A DNA stretch of 9,448 nucleotides from Promethearchaeota archaeon (GCA_048939465.1 JBHLPL010000074.1:1-9448); one strand, 5' to 3'. Shown: positions 1 to 7,093, counted from the first letter of the stretch. Program-made: numbers and translations. Notes: generated from the letters alone by a model not told the origin.

Positions 1-1736
1 TCGTTACCAACCCCCCCTGTTACTTCTCTTATTTTTATTCTTTGATTAGTCAGTGCCGCTTCATAGCGATTATCCACGTCTGTCATACGTCCTTGTAAAG
101 CATAAGAGTCCCATTGATCTCCTCTCTCATGACAGTAAATCCAAGCTACTATGCAATAATCATTTGGTATTAGATCCTGATAGGCGAACGCAGTTGTATC
201 AATCACAGCAGGATCTAATTTGCCTGAATAAAAACCATCATAACTGTAATCAGTAGATGCCGTGAAGGATCCATCGATGACATTCCATCCAGTCGTATCT
301 CCGTCATCAAAATCATCGAAAACCAAGAAGGTATTTGGGCCATTACTCGTTGTAGTTGCAGTACTATTACCATAGTACATGAAGATTGTCGCGCTAGTAG
401 TGCTTAGATCATCTCTAACCTCAACCCAAAATACGCCATAGTCAGAGTCCACTTTCTCTTCGACCCAATAATCAAGTTCGGTTAGTCCATCATCATCTGT
501 AAATCTAATATCACCAAAATCTCTTCTACAATTGCTGCCGCAGTAAACATCGGCTCCATCATCCACACCAAGGCCATAATGGACGATCATCTTAATTTGA
601 TAATCTGTACCAGCACCAGGAGCAGGGTTTATGACATGACTCTTATGATGACTCCAACCTGAAAGCCAATTGTATTCTTCGTTTCCCCAACTGCCTTGAG
701 AAGGCTCAGGATTGATAAACTTGGAAACAAAGAGCCAATCTACAACAATACTCCCAGCAGAACCTGAACCCGCACCAGAACACATACCTAAAGAAACGTA
801 GACTGAGCCATCAATCGAGTATGTATCTAGTGAGTCAAAAAGAATGTCATTTGAATAGAACCTATTGCATCCTGTATCTGAGACAAGTTCCCAAGTGCTC
901 GGCTCATCGGGGTCGCCAATATACGCCCATTCTTGATTGTGCGAGGCATCCAAAACATCGTGTCTCATGCTAGAACCATCATACATAATATGAACTGAGT
1001 GCCCACCGTCATAATGGAAGTAGGGAAGAAGATCCATGTCTGCTAAGTTCCCCATTTCAAATGTCGGACCTTTTCTTGATGGGGAATATGCATATGACGT
1101 GACCAAAGCCTTTACTCTTATTGGTATTGTAAATGACGAAGTAGGACCAACAATACGGTGTTGCCACGTAGAATGATAATCCGTATCCGAAGTAACCGTC
1201 AATCTGCCACCTGATACGCTATGCGTGCCCATATCGCTGTCACGCACCGTCCAGTCAGCCGGTAGATCTGTACCCGTGAAGGTTGTGAATTCCAAGAAAG
1301 TAGCTTCCCCATTACTTGTAGTAGTTGCGCCGTTATTCCCATAGTAAACGTAAATAGTAGCATCATTTAAGCTCAAGTCATCTGCAATTTCTACCCAGAA
1401 TGTTGCGCTAATAGAATCTGTCTTCTTCTCCATCCAATAATCTAAAAGCGTTTTTCCATCATTATCTGTGAATCGAATGTCTCCGAAATCTGTTCTGCAA
1501 CTGCCATTACAGTAAACATCTTCTCCACCATCTGTACCGGGTCCGTAGTGCAAAGTTATCTTCACTTGGTAGTTTGTGCCCGCTCCGGAGGAAGAGTTAA
1601 TCACATGGCTTTTGCGATAGCTCCAGCCAACAAGCCAAGACTCCCCATCAGGAGAGGCGGACACAATGGTTGGTAAGAGTGAAAAGAAGAATAACACAAC
1701 AAAGGCCAAAACTACGACTCGCTTTCTGCTCCCCAT
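1..1736 (-). CDS. Secreted/surface protein with tandem DUF2341 modules (3'-partial, runs off left edge; 578 aa visible)
   Basis: Translated by hand from ATG at 1736 with no in-frame stop down to position 3, which explains its absence from the ORF track. N-terminus MGSRKRVVVLAFVVLFFFSLLPTIVSA is signal-peptide-like. Two copies of WLxGWSxxKSHVIN...GAGT(N/D)YQ(V/I)K...YC-x3-CRxDFGDIRFTDxDG...LDYWxE...FWVE...YYGN...TTTSNG start at 1637 and 668. The first module ends DWLFVSKFINPEPSQGSWGNEE. GGAGAG SD-like motif upstream. Confidence 0.9.
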   Translation of the reverse strand, partial: MGSRKRVVVLAFVVLFFFSLLPTIVSASPDGESWLVGWSYRKSHVINSSSGAGTNYQVKITLHYGPGTDGGEDVYCNGSCRTDFGDIRFTDNDGKTLLDYWMEKKTDSISATFWVEIADDLSLNDATIYVYYGNNGATTTSNGEATFLEFTTFTGTDLPADWTVRDSDMGTHSVSGGRLTVTSDTDYHSTWQHRIVGPTSSFTIPIRVKALVTSYAYSPSRKGPTFEMGNLADMDLLPYFHYDGGHSVHIMYDGSSMRHDVLDASHNQEWAYIGDPDEPSTWELVSDTGCNRFYSNDILFDSLDTYSIDGSVYVSLGMCSGAGSGSAGSIVVDWLFVSKFINPEPSQGSWGNEEYNWLSGWSHHKSHVINPAPGAGTDYQIKMIVHYGLGVDDGADVYCGSNCRRDFGDIRFTDDDGLTELDYWVEEKVDSDYGVFWVEVRDDLSTTSATIFMYYGNSTATTTSNGPNTFLVFDDFDDGDTTGWNVIDGSFTASTDYSYDGFYSGKLDPAVIDTTAFAYQDLIPNDYCIVAWIYCHERGDQWDSYALQGRMTDVDNRYEAALTNQRIKIREVTGGVGN

Positions 1737-1872
1737 TGCTCTCTCCCATAAAGAATAGGGTAGAACAAGCAAATAAAGATTATCTGTTCAAAATCTTGCT
1801 TTGCGATGCTCCAATAATCAGATGAACCGATTAAAGAGTTCTCTACAATAAGACAGACTCAGACCATTATGC

Positions 1873-1902
1873 AGGCCTTTTTACAAGGCCTAGATTTTAA
1901 AG
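1873..1902 (+). promoter_or_regulatory. Candidate TATA box (TTTTAAAG, 1895-1902) preceded by a perfect 7-5-7 inverted repeat (AGGCCTT-N5-AAGGCCT, 1873-1891)
   Basis: TATA-like octamer begins 32 bp before ATG 1927, consistent with a leaderless or short-leader archaeal transcript. The inverted repeat is read directly from the sequence. Confidence 0.4.
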
Positions 1903-1926
1903 CGAATCTTTATCATATAACAATTC

Positions 1927-2676
1927 ATGAAAAAGACCAAACCTGCGAAGCCTGAAGAGGATACCTATGGTCTGCTGATGTGGGCCTTTTACAAAGGCAA
2001 AGAGGTTATTGAAATATGGGAAAGAGACGACGGTCACATCTCTGGTTCCTCTACCGAACCAAAAATATATTTTTCAGAATATAAAGACTGGACTCAGCAC
2101 GCAAAAAAGGCCATGGAATTTGTGAAAGGAAGAGTTTTGGATGTAGCTTGCGGTGTTGGGAGACATTCTCTATACCTTCAGAGAAAGGGTTTTGATGTCC
2201 TCGGGATTGACCGCTCCCCTCTGGCTATAAAGATCTCCAGATTAAGAGGATTGAAAAAAGCCAAAGTCATGTCAATTGAAGATGTGGACTTTGAGCCAAA
2301 CTCTTTTGATACAATAATCATGATGGGAAATGGCTTCAGTCTACTTGGTAACTTCAAGAAGGCACAAAGATTGCTCAAAAGGTTTTGTAAAATTACCTCT
2401 GAGAATGGTCGAATAATGGCTGAAACTCTTGATCCGTATAAGGAAACGAGACCTGCATATCTGGAATATTTCAAGCTTAACAAGAAGAGAGGCAGAATGT
2501 ATGGACAGCTAAGAACCAGAATAAGATTTGAGAAAAACGCCGGCAAATGGTTTGATTGGGCGATGGTGTCCAAAGAAGAGATGGAAGAGATTCTCACAGG
2601 AACAGGATGGAAGGTTAAGGAATACATAGATCCGGGAAATCAGCAATACATAGCTATTCTCGAAAAGGTGTCCTAA
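1927..2676 (+). CDS. Class I SAM-dependent methyltransferase (249 aa), substrate unknown
   Basis: Motif I VLDVACGVGRHS, post-I acidic GID, motif II FDTIIMMGNG, and an N-terminal EIWERDDG segment. Confidence 0.9.
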   Translation: MKKTKPAKPEEDTYGLLMWAFYKGKEVIEIWERDDGHISGSSTEPKIYFSEYKDWTQHAKKAMEFVKGRVLDVACGVGRHSLYLQRKGFDVLGIDRSPLAIKISRLRGLKKAKVMSIEDVDFEPNSFDTIIMMGNGFSLLGNFKKAQRLLKRFCKITSENGRIMAETLDPYKETRPAYLEYFKLNKKRGRMYGQLRTRIRFEKNAGKWFDWAMVSKEEMEEILTGTGWKVKEYIDPGNQQYIAILEKVS

Positions 2677-2685
2677 AGATTAGCA

Positions 2686-2723
2686 AGATCCCTTTTTCTG
2701 TTATTTCGTCATAAAAGAGATCT
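2686..2723. terminator. Possible bidirectional terminator between convergent genes
   Basis: Imperfect inverted repeat AGATCCCTTTT...AAAAGAGATCT containing a T5 tract, 10 nt after the methyltransferase stop. The dehydrogenase stop faces it at 2811. Confidence 0.35.
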
Positions 2724-2810
2724 GGTAAGCCACATATCCATCGGAATTAACTGTATTGTAACTATCGGTACCTTTCTATATCTTTCCAGTCTAGAACTTC
2801 GCTAGGTTCA

Positions 2811-3797
2811 CTAGTACCCGATGCTTTTGTCAACAACATTGATTAGTGGGTCTTTCTTCAAAAAACGTCTAAGGTTTTCGCAAAATATGTCTGTTAATCG
2901 TTCAAGATAAAGAGGCGTGGCCCCGGCCAAGTGGGGAGTAATTATAACGTTCTTCATTTTCCAAAGCTCAGAGCTTGTAGGTAGAGGTTCCGTTTCAAAT
3001 ACGTCTAGACCAGCTCCTGCAATCCATCCCTCTTTTAATGCCTGAATTAACTTATCTTCTTGGACGACTTTTCCTCTGCTGACATTAATCAGGTAGCCTG
3101 TTTTCTTCATACTTCTAAGCTCTGCTTCACCGATCATACCTTCGGTCTCTTTAGTGAGGGGGGGAGAGAGGACAACAAAATCAGATTCAGCCAATAGCTC
3201 TTTCAGGTTTTCGAGAGGAATGATTCGGGTTTCACCTGTCTGATGGAATTGGTCCCTTTTTGTGGCAACAACTCTCGCTCCGAGAGCTTTTGCTTCTTTC
3301 GCTATCTCTGTTCCTATTCTACCGAGTCCCACAATTCCCACGGTCTTTCCGCATAATTCTTCAACTCCCTCTCCTTCCCGGATTGAAGAAAGAAAACTTC
3401 GCCTCTCCCATTTTCCTTCCATCTGATTCCTAATGAAAATGTGTAGTTTTCGGCAGAAGCAAAGAATCATTCCGAGGGTATGTTCTGCAACGGGTATAGG
3501 ATGAATACCGCTAGCGCTTGTAATGACAATATGGCTTTTGATAATCTCCGGAAATAGGAATCTTTCAACCCCTGCACCCGTAGTTTGAATCCATTTCAGT
3601 TTGTTTGCAGCTAATAACATCTCCCGCGAAAAAATACCTGCAAGCAGAATATCTGCGTCTTCGATTAACTCTAGTAGTTCCTTTTCATCCTGGCTTTTTT
3701 GGACCTTGACATTAATTGAAATATCCTCGATTCTCTTGATGTATACGCTTGGCAAATCAAAGGAGATTAGTATTTTTGGGCCGTTCATCTTCAACAA
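2811..3797 (-). CDS. D-isomer-specific 2-hydroxyacid dehydrogenase (start TTG 3797 or ATG 3788)
   Basis: Rossmann GLGRIG (3312-3329) and catalytic Arg (NVSRG), Glu (DVFETEP) and His (TPHLAG). N-terminal substrate domain LKWIQTTGAGVE...ASGIH...VAEH. Confidence 0.95.
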   Translation of the reverse strand: MLKMNGPKILISFDLPSVYIKRIEDISINVKVQKSQDEKELLELIEDADILLAGIFSREMLLAANKLKWIQTTGAGVERFLFPEIIKSHIVITSASGIHPIPVAEHTLGMILCFCRKLHIFIRNQMEGKWERRSFLSSIREGEGVEELCGKTVGIVGLGRIGTEIAKEAKALGARVVATKRDQFHQTGETRIIPLENLKELLAESDFVVLSPPLTKETEGMIGEAELRSMKKTGYLINVSRGKVVQEDKLIQALKEGWIAGAGLDVFETEPLPTSSELWKMKNVIITPHLAGATPLYLERLTDIFCENLRRFLKKDPLINVVDKSIGY

Positions 3798-4069
3798 ACC
3801 TGAAACCCAATAAGCTTCTCAACGAAGTTCATAGAGTTCTCTCTTGACACATTGGTAGACATTATAGGTATGGATATTTAATTGATCTGACTAGCAACAG
3901 CAGAAGCAACCGAGATAAGTCATCTTAAGTCCAGTTTTACGATCTTTCTAGTAATTGGATGAGAGCAATAGTATTCGTGGAGTCAAAGCTCCGGAGAGTC
4001 CTATAGCAGAGAATATTAAGGCACCGGCTGAATAGACGTCTAAAACGTCCTAAGTCCTTCAAACCCGCT

Positions 4070-4301
4070 GTAAACTACTCCCAGCTACCGCAGGGAGCTT
4101 TCCATCAGGGGTTGAGTATAGTGCACCGCACCACTCAGAATCCCATCACCTGGACGAAAGAGCCTGTTTACAGAGACTCAAGCCCTGGTAGACTGGGATA
4201 GGCCAAAACCTTGAATCTCCCGCACCAGAGCCAATTTAACAGGGCAACAGTTGGCTTTCTCAAGCCACCCATGTTTAGTTGGCATTAGAGTTCAAAAACT
4301 C
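4070..4301 (-). ncRNA. Putative omegaRNA-like structured RNA inside the mini-element (TnpB/reRNA orientation favoured; 5' boundary uncertain)
   Basis: Series of stems folded by eye: 4288-4301 (5 bp), 4252-4267 (TGGCTT-GAGA-AAGCCA, GNRA loop on minus strand), 4140-4199 (long interrupted stem with three G-U pairs that form only on the minus strand), 4113-4137, and the right-end hairpin 4078-4097. Confidence 0.55.
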
Positions 4302-4366
4302 AACGCCGGTGGGAAGTCGGCTTTCCTCCCCACCCCTGGGGATGGGGTCTCCAGCCGGAATTTAGG
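4070..4366 (-). mobile_element. Non-autonomous IS200/IS605-family mini-element (PATE/MITE-like, 297 bp, no tnpA or tnpB/iscB ORF)
   Basis: Read on the minus strand. Left end: flank TTCAT|CCTAAATTCCGGCTG-GAGA, then hairpin CCCCATCCCCAGGGGTGGGG (4347-4328). Right end: AAAG, hairpin CTCCCTGCGGTAGCTGGGAG (4097-4078), TAGT, then TTAC| at 4070. GAGA/TCAT and AAAG/TTAC follow the IS608 guide/cleavage pairing pattern (AAAG-TTAC, GAAT-TCAA). Deleting 4070-4366 restores an in-frame TAG stop for the EEP gene. No target-site duplication, as expected for this family. Confidence 0.85.
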
Positions 4367-5402
4367 ATGAAGTTTCACCGAACCATTTAGGATCTTTGCG
4401 GAACCGAGCTACCACCGGAGCATGATCTGATTCAGGAAACAGCCTGTCACCCTTGTACGCTAAGGATTCGTCTGGAAGGACTTCGTTAAAGATTTCAGTC
4501 TCATTCCAGTACGCAAAAAGGGCTTGCGAAACAATGACATGATCTATCATACATCCTTTTCCTCTGTGGAAGAGCGTATACCGTTGTTCAGCCGGGACAT
4601 TGTACTCGCACGGAATCATTACGGTCGGCTGCAGATCGGGGTTATCGGTTTCCAAAACGCTCCCAACAATCGTTTGAAAGGGCAGTGACCCGGTATCTGC
4701 ATTAAAATCACCACCAATAGCAATTACAGTATTATAAGGATCATTTTTCAGCAGTTCTTCTAGGAGAACTCGAGTTTCTAAGGCTTGTCCGACACGTTTT
4801 AGCATTGAGATGAAGAAACCTTCGGCCCATCCTTGATGCGATTTCCAAGTATATCCTTCCTTCTGTCCAGGGATATTGCTCGGCGTTTTGGATTTCAGGT
4901 GGAGATTTAAGGCGTGTAATGTTCGGTTATTGGGTAGTCTTACCTGGCAATGAAGTATCGGGCGTTCCCAACTGTACTCCCTGGCTTCATGCTCTTCCGG
5001 ATCAGCTGTAGCACTGCGCCACATGGGCGCATCAACATGAGCATGGTAGTATTGCTTACAGCTCTCGATGGGCAATTCACTCAGAGTCACCAAGTTTCGC
5101 CTTTTGAACGGTTCCTCGCTATCTTTCTTCTTTGTGTAAGTGATGTTGTAGTCCGAGTATCTTGTGTTCTGTAGGAGCTCTTCAAGAGACTCCAGATTAC
5201 TGACTTCTTGCAGGAATAAGAGATCAGCATCAATCCTTTCGATCATTGGACGAAGGATTTTAAGACGTTTAGCCCACGGTGGGTTTTCAACATTCTTATC
5301 AAGGTTCTCCAGATTGAAAGTGGCAATTCTATATTCTGGCGTGGGCCATGTTCCAATATACGGTTCAGATCCTGTATCGGTATATCCCTCTTCTCCTGAC
5401 AT
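4362..5402 (-). CDS. Endonuclease/exonuclease/phosphatase (EEP) family protein (346 aa)
   Basis: Conserved EEP motifs RIATFNLENL, LFLQEV, NLHLKSK, GGDFNAD, IDHVIVS and SDHAPV. SD AGGTGAT lies 6 nt before ATG 5402. No signal peptide evident. Confidence 0.93.
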   Translation of the reverse strand: MSGEEGYTDTGSEPYIGTWPTPEYRIATFNLENLDKNVENPPWAKRLKILRPMIERIDADLLFLQEVSNLESLEELLQNTRYSDYNITYTKKKDSEEPFKRRNLVTLSELPIESCKQYYHAHVDAPMWRSATADPEEHEAREYSWERPILHCQVRLPNNRTLHALNLHLKSKTPSNIPGQKEGYTWKSHQGWAEGFFISMLKRVGQALETRVLLEELLKNDPYNTVIAIGGDFNADTGSLPFQTIVGSVLETDNPDLQPTVMIPCEYNVPAEQRYTLFHRGKGCMIDHVIVSQALFAYWNETEIFNEVLPDESLAYKGDRLFPESDHAPVVARFRKDPKWFGETSS

Positions 5403-5408
5403 GATTTA

Positions 5409-5447
5409 ATCACCTTTCCGGCGTATATCACCCATGTCATATAAAAA
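5409..5447 (-). promoter_or_regulatory. Promoter/RBS of EEP gene: TTTTTATAT TATA box (5447-5439) and AGGTGAT SD (5415-5409)
   Basis: Canonical archaeal TATA-like element about 40 bp upstream of the ATG, and a strong SD at normal spacing. Confidence 0.55.
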
Positions 5448-5669
5448 GTACACTGCAAGAAATTGAGGCATCACTTCTAATGCTGTTTAACTCTCCACCT
5501 TCAATCATTTAAGTGATGCCAGTAGTCTTTCGGAGCACTTCCCAGAAATCCTGCAGCTATGTTTTTCGACAATTGGACAGTGACTTGTTTTTGAAAGCGT
5601 ATTCGTACTCGGGCAGTCTTCTCGGAAGTCATCCAAAATCACTGCTATTTTGAGAGCTAAGTACGATAT

Positions 5670-5747
5670 TTTACCAAATTTTTGAAATAGTATACCAAAA
5701 AATTTATATAGTAAATCTTTACCAATACTATATGAAAGAAATACCAA
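5670..5747 (+). promoter_or_regulatory. Promoter of the HTH-bPH_2 operon: BRE-like CCAAAAAA plus TTTATATA (5703-5710), flanked by two imperfect ~30-bp direct repeats
   Basis: Unit 1 is TTTACCAA-N5-TGAAA-N4-ATACCAA (5670-5698). Unit 2 is TTTACCAA-N7-TGAAA-N3-ATACCAA (5718-5747). TACCAA occurs at 5672, 5693, 5720 and 5742. Confidence 0.55.
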
Positions 5748-5801
5748 TATGCAGACGGGTGAAATACTCGGATAAGCATATGGAAAAACGAGGAATGGAC
5801 A

Positions 5802-6323
5802 ATGGCGTTGCTTTCCGCTCACGAAACAATCGTCTGGGAGCTATTTCATAAAGGGAAAAGCACCAGCGAGATTGCCGACGTACATAAGAACGAGAACTGG
5901 AGCCCATCATATGTGTCGCGAGTATTGAATCGAGCGAGAAAGAAGATCGAAAAAGCCTTGCGAAATCATGCTGTAAGTCATCGACTAGACATTGAATCCG
6001 TGCTCGATTACAAGGGTCTGCTCATCGGGTACGACTATCAGACTACCTCGCAAGTATTCCTAATCTTCACTTTGGCCCTCGGTATTGTTGTATGGTATAA
6101 GCACGCAGACTGGTCTGGAAAATTATGCCCCGAATGTCCTAAGAGGGGTGAGTGCAGAGAAACGCTGGACACAATCATTAAGGAATACGATATCAAGTTG
6201 AGACCAGATGAGAAGGCCTTGCCCATGACGGAGCAGTCTGTTACGATATTTCACAAGCTCGCGGCCAAGGAGGTTCCTCGCTACAGGAGAAAAGAAGAAT
6301 CAAAGGAAGTGGTCGGGAAATGA
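5802..6323 (+). CDS. Putative transcriptional regulator: N-terminal HTH (sigma70-r4/LuxR-like) plus C-terminal H-x7-C-x2-C-x5-C domain (173 aa)
   Basis: VWELFHKGKSTSEIA...SPSYVSRVLNRARKKI has HTH character. C-terminal WYKHADWSGKLCPECPKRGEC. GAGG SD upstream. Its stop overlaps the next start (ATGA 6320-6323). Confidence 0.75.
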   Translation: MALLSAHETIVWELFHKGKSTSEIADVHKNENWSPSYVSRVLNRARKKIEKALRNHAVSHRLDIESVLDYKGLLIGYDYQTTSQVFLIFTLALGIVVWYKHADWSGKLCPECPKRGECRETLDTIIKEYDIKLRPDEKALPMTEQSVTIFHKLAAKEVPRYRRKEESKEVVGK

Positions 6324-7039
6324 AAGAAAGAAAGGAAAAGGTGATCAAACCCCCCGTGAGTAAGATATCAAGCGGGAAGGTGTTCAGACCCTCCAAGAAA
6401 TTCCGAAACAAGATCTTGTTCACAGGCATATCTCTGGCAATAGTGATTTGGACTCTTGTCAATCTAGGGTACCACGGTATTGGCTATCTCGTTGTGACAG
6501 ATGAAGGGGGCACACTGGCTGACCTGTTTCAATACTCTTGGCTGGTGAATGTGATAGTATGGGGATTCAACCTAAGCTGGCTGATTCCACTATCTATTAT
6601 CGCGCCAATGTATGTTAACCGTATAGAGTATTCGGTTATCACTGAGTCGGGAGAGGCCATGCCTGAGATCTACGTAAAGAAGGGGGTTCTGAATGTCACT
6701 CGCAAACACGTACCATTCAGAACAATTACGAACATCTCCAGTCGAGCCGGGGCGCTCGACCGCCTCTTTGGAATCGGAACGGTTGAGATACAGACTGCGG
6801 GCTTCTCAGGCGTGAAGTCAAGAGGAGGACCCGAGGAGAAGATCGAGGGAGTTGTTTTCTATGAGGAAGTTCGAGACTTTATCTTGGCCGAGCTCCGCAA
6901 GTTCCGAGCCCCCTATACAACCACAACAGAGGTGGTCCAACCTCATGAAGGAGGAGTCTTGCAGAGGGAGGATCTTGGCCCAGAGATGCTGAGCATACTT
7001 CGTGAGATCCGGGATATCTTGAGGAAACAGAAGAAGTAA
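6320..7039 (+). CDS. Membrane protein with bacterial PH (bPH_2, YdbS-like) domain (239 aa)
   Basis: Two N-terminal hydrophobic segments, then IYVKKGVLNVTRKHVPFRTITNISSRAGALDRLFGIGTVEIQTAG typical of bPH_2. Translationally coupled to the upstream regulator. Confidence 0.85.
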   Translation: MKERKEKVIKPPVSKISSGKVFRPSKKFRNKILFTGISLAIVIWTLVNLGYHGIGYLVVTDEGGTLADLFQYSWLVNVIVWGFNLSWLIPLSIIAPMYVNRIEYSVITESGEAMPEIYVKKGVLNVTRKHVPFRTITNISSRAGALDRLFGIGTVEIQTAGFSGVKSRGGPEEKIEGVVFYEEVRDFILAELRKFRAPYTTTTEVVQPHEGGVLQREDLGPEMLSILREIRDILRKQKK

Positions 7040-7062
7040 GATCTTGAGGTGTATAAGACTCT

Positions 7063-7093
7063 GGAGGTTGATTACTACCCTCCCCCCTTTTTT
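7063..7093 (+). terminator. Possible terminator after the bPH_2 gene
   Basis: GGAGG...CCTCC stem followed by CCCCTTTTTT (T6 at 7088-7093), starting about 25 nt after the stop. Confidence 0.4.

Noticed and set aside
53-3813. Track ORFs 53-256(+), 2178-2627(-), 3601-3813(+)
   Set aside because: Antisense shadows of well-supported genes, with no recognisable motifs.
4034-4049. GACGT-N5-ACGTC inverted repeat / AGACGTCT palindrome outside the element
   Set aside because: Short enough to arise by chance. It lies beyond the TTAC boundary supported by stop-codon restoration.
4269-4286. Minus-strand AATGCCAACTAAACATGG loosely resembles a frameshifted TnpB C-terminal NAxxNI motif
   Set aside because: It needs a 1-nt indel and no other TnpB residues (zinc-finger Cys, DRD) are recognisable, so the match is too weak to call a tnpB remnant.
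4215-4370. Plus-strand open stretch ending ...SAFLPTPGDGVSSRNLG*, similar to tails of proteins that read through IS605 ends
   Set aside because: It has no start codon context and no IscB/TnpA motifs. The resemblance is explained by the end hairpin DNA itself.
5505-5822. 105-aa minus-strand ORF in the track
   Set aside because: Its first ~60 codons overlap the HTH gene start and the AT-rich promoter. Only the distal 45 codons are kept, as a low-confidence finding.
4950-5910. Track ORFs 4950-5174(+), 5164-5409(+), 5243-5458(-), 5728-5910(-)
   Set aside because: Overlap the EEP or HTH genes antisense or out of frame, with no motifs.
6050-6098. Hydrophobic stretch VFLIFTLALGIVVWY in the HTH protein suggesting a membrane-bound regulator
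   Set aside because: It is short, has a central turn-like LALG, and is more simply read as a beta-hairpin. A TM helix cannot be supported without a prediction.
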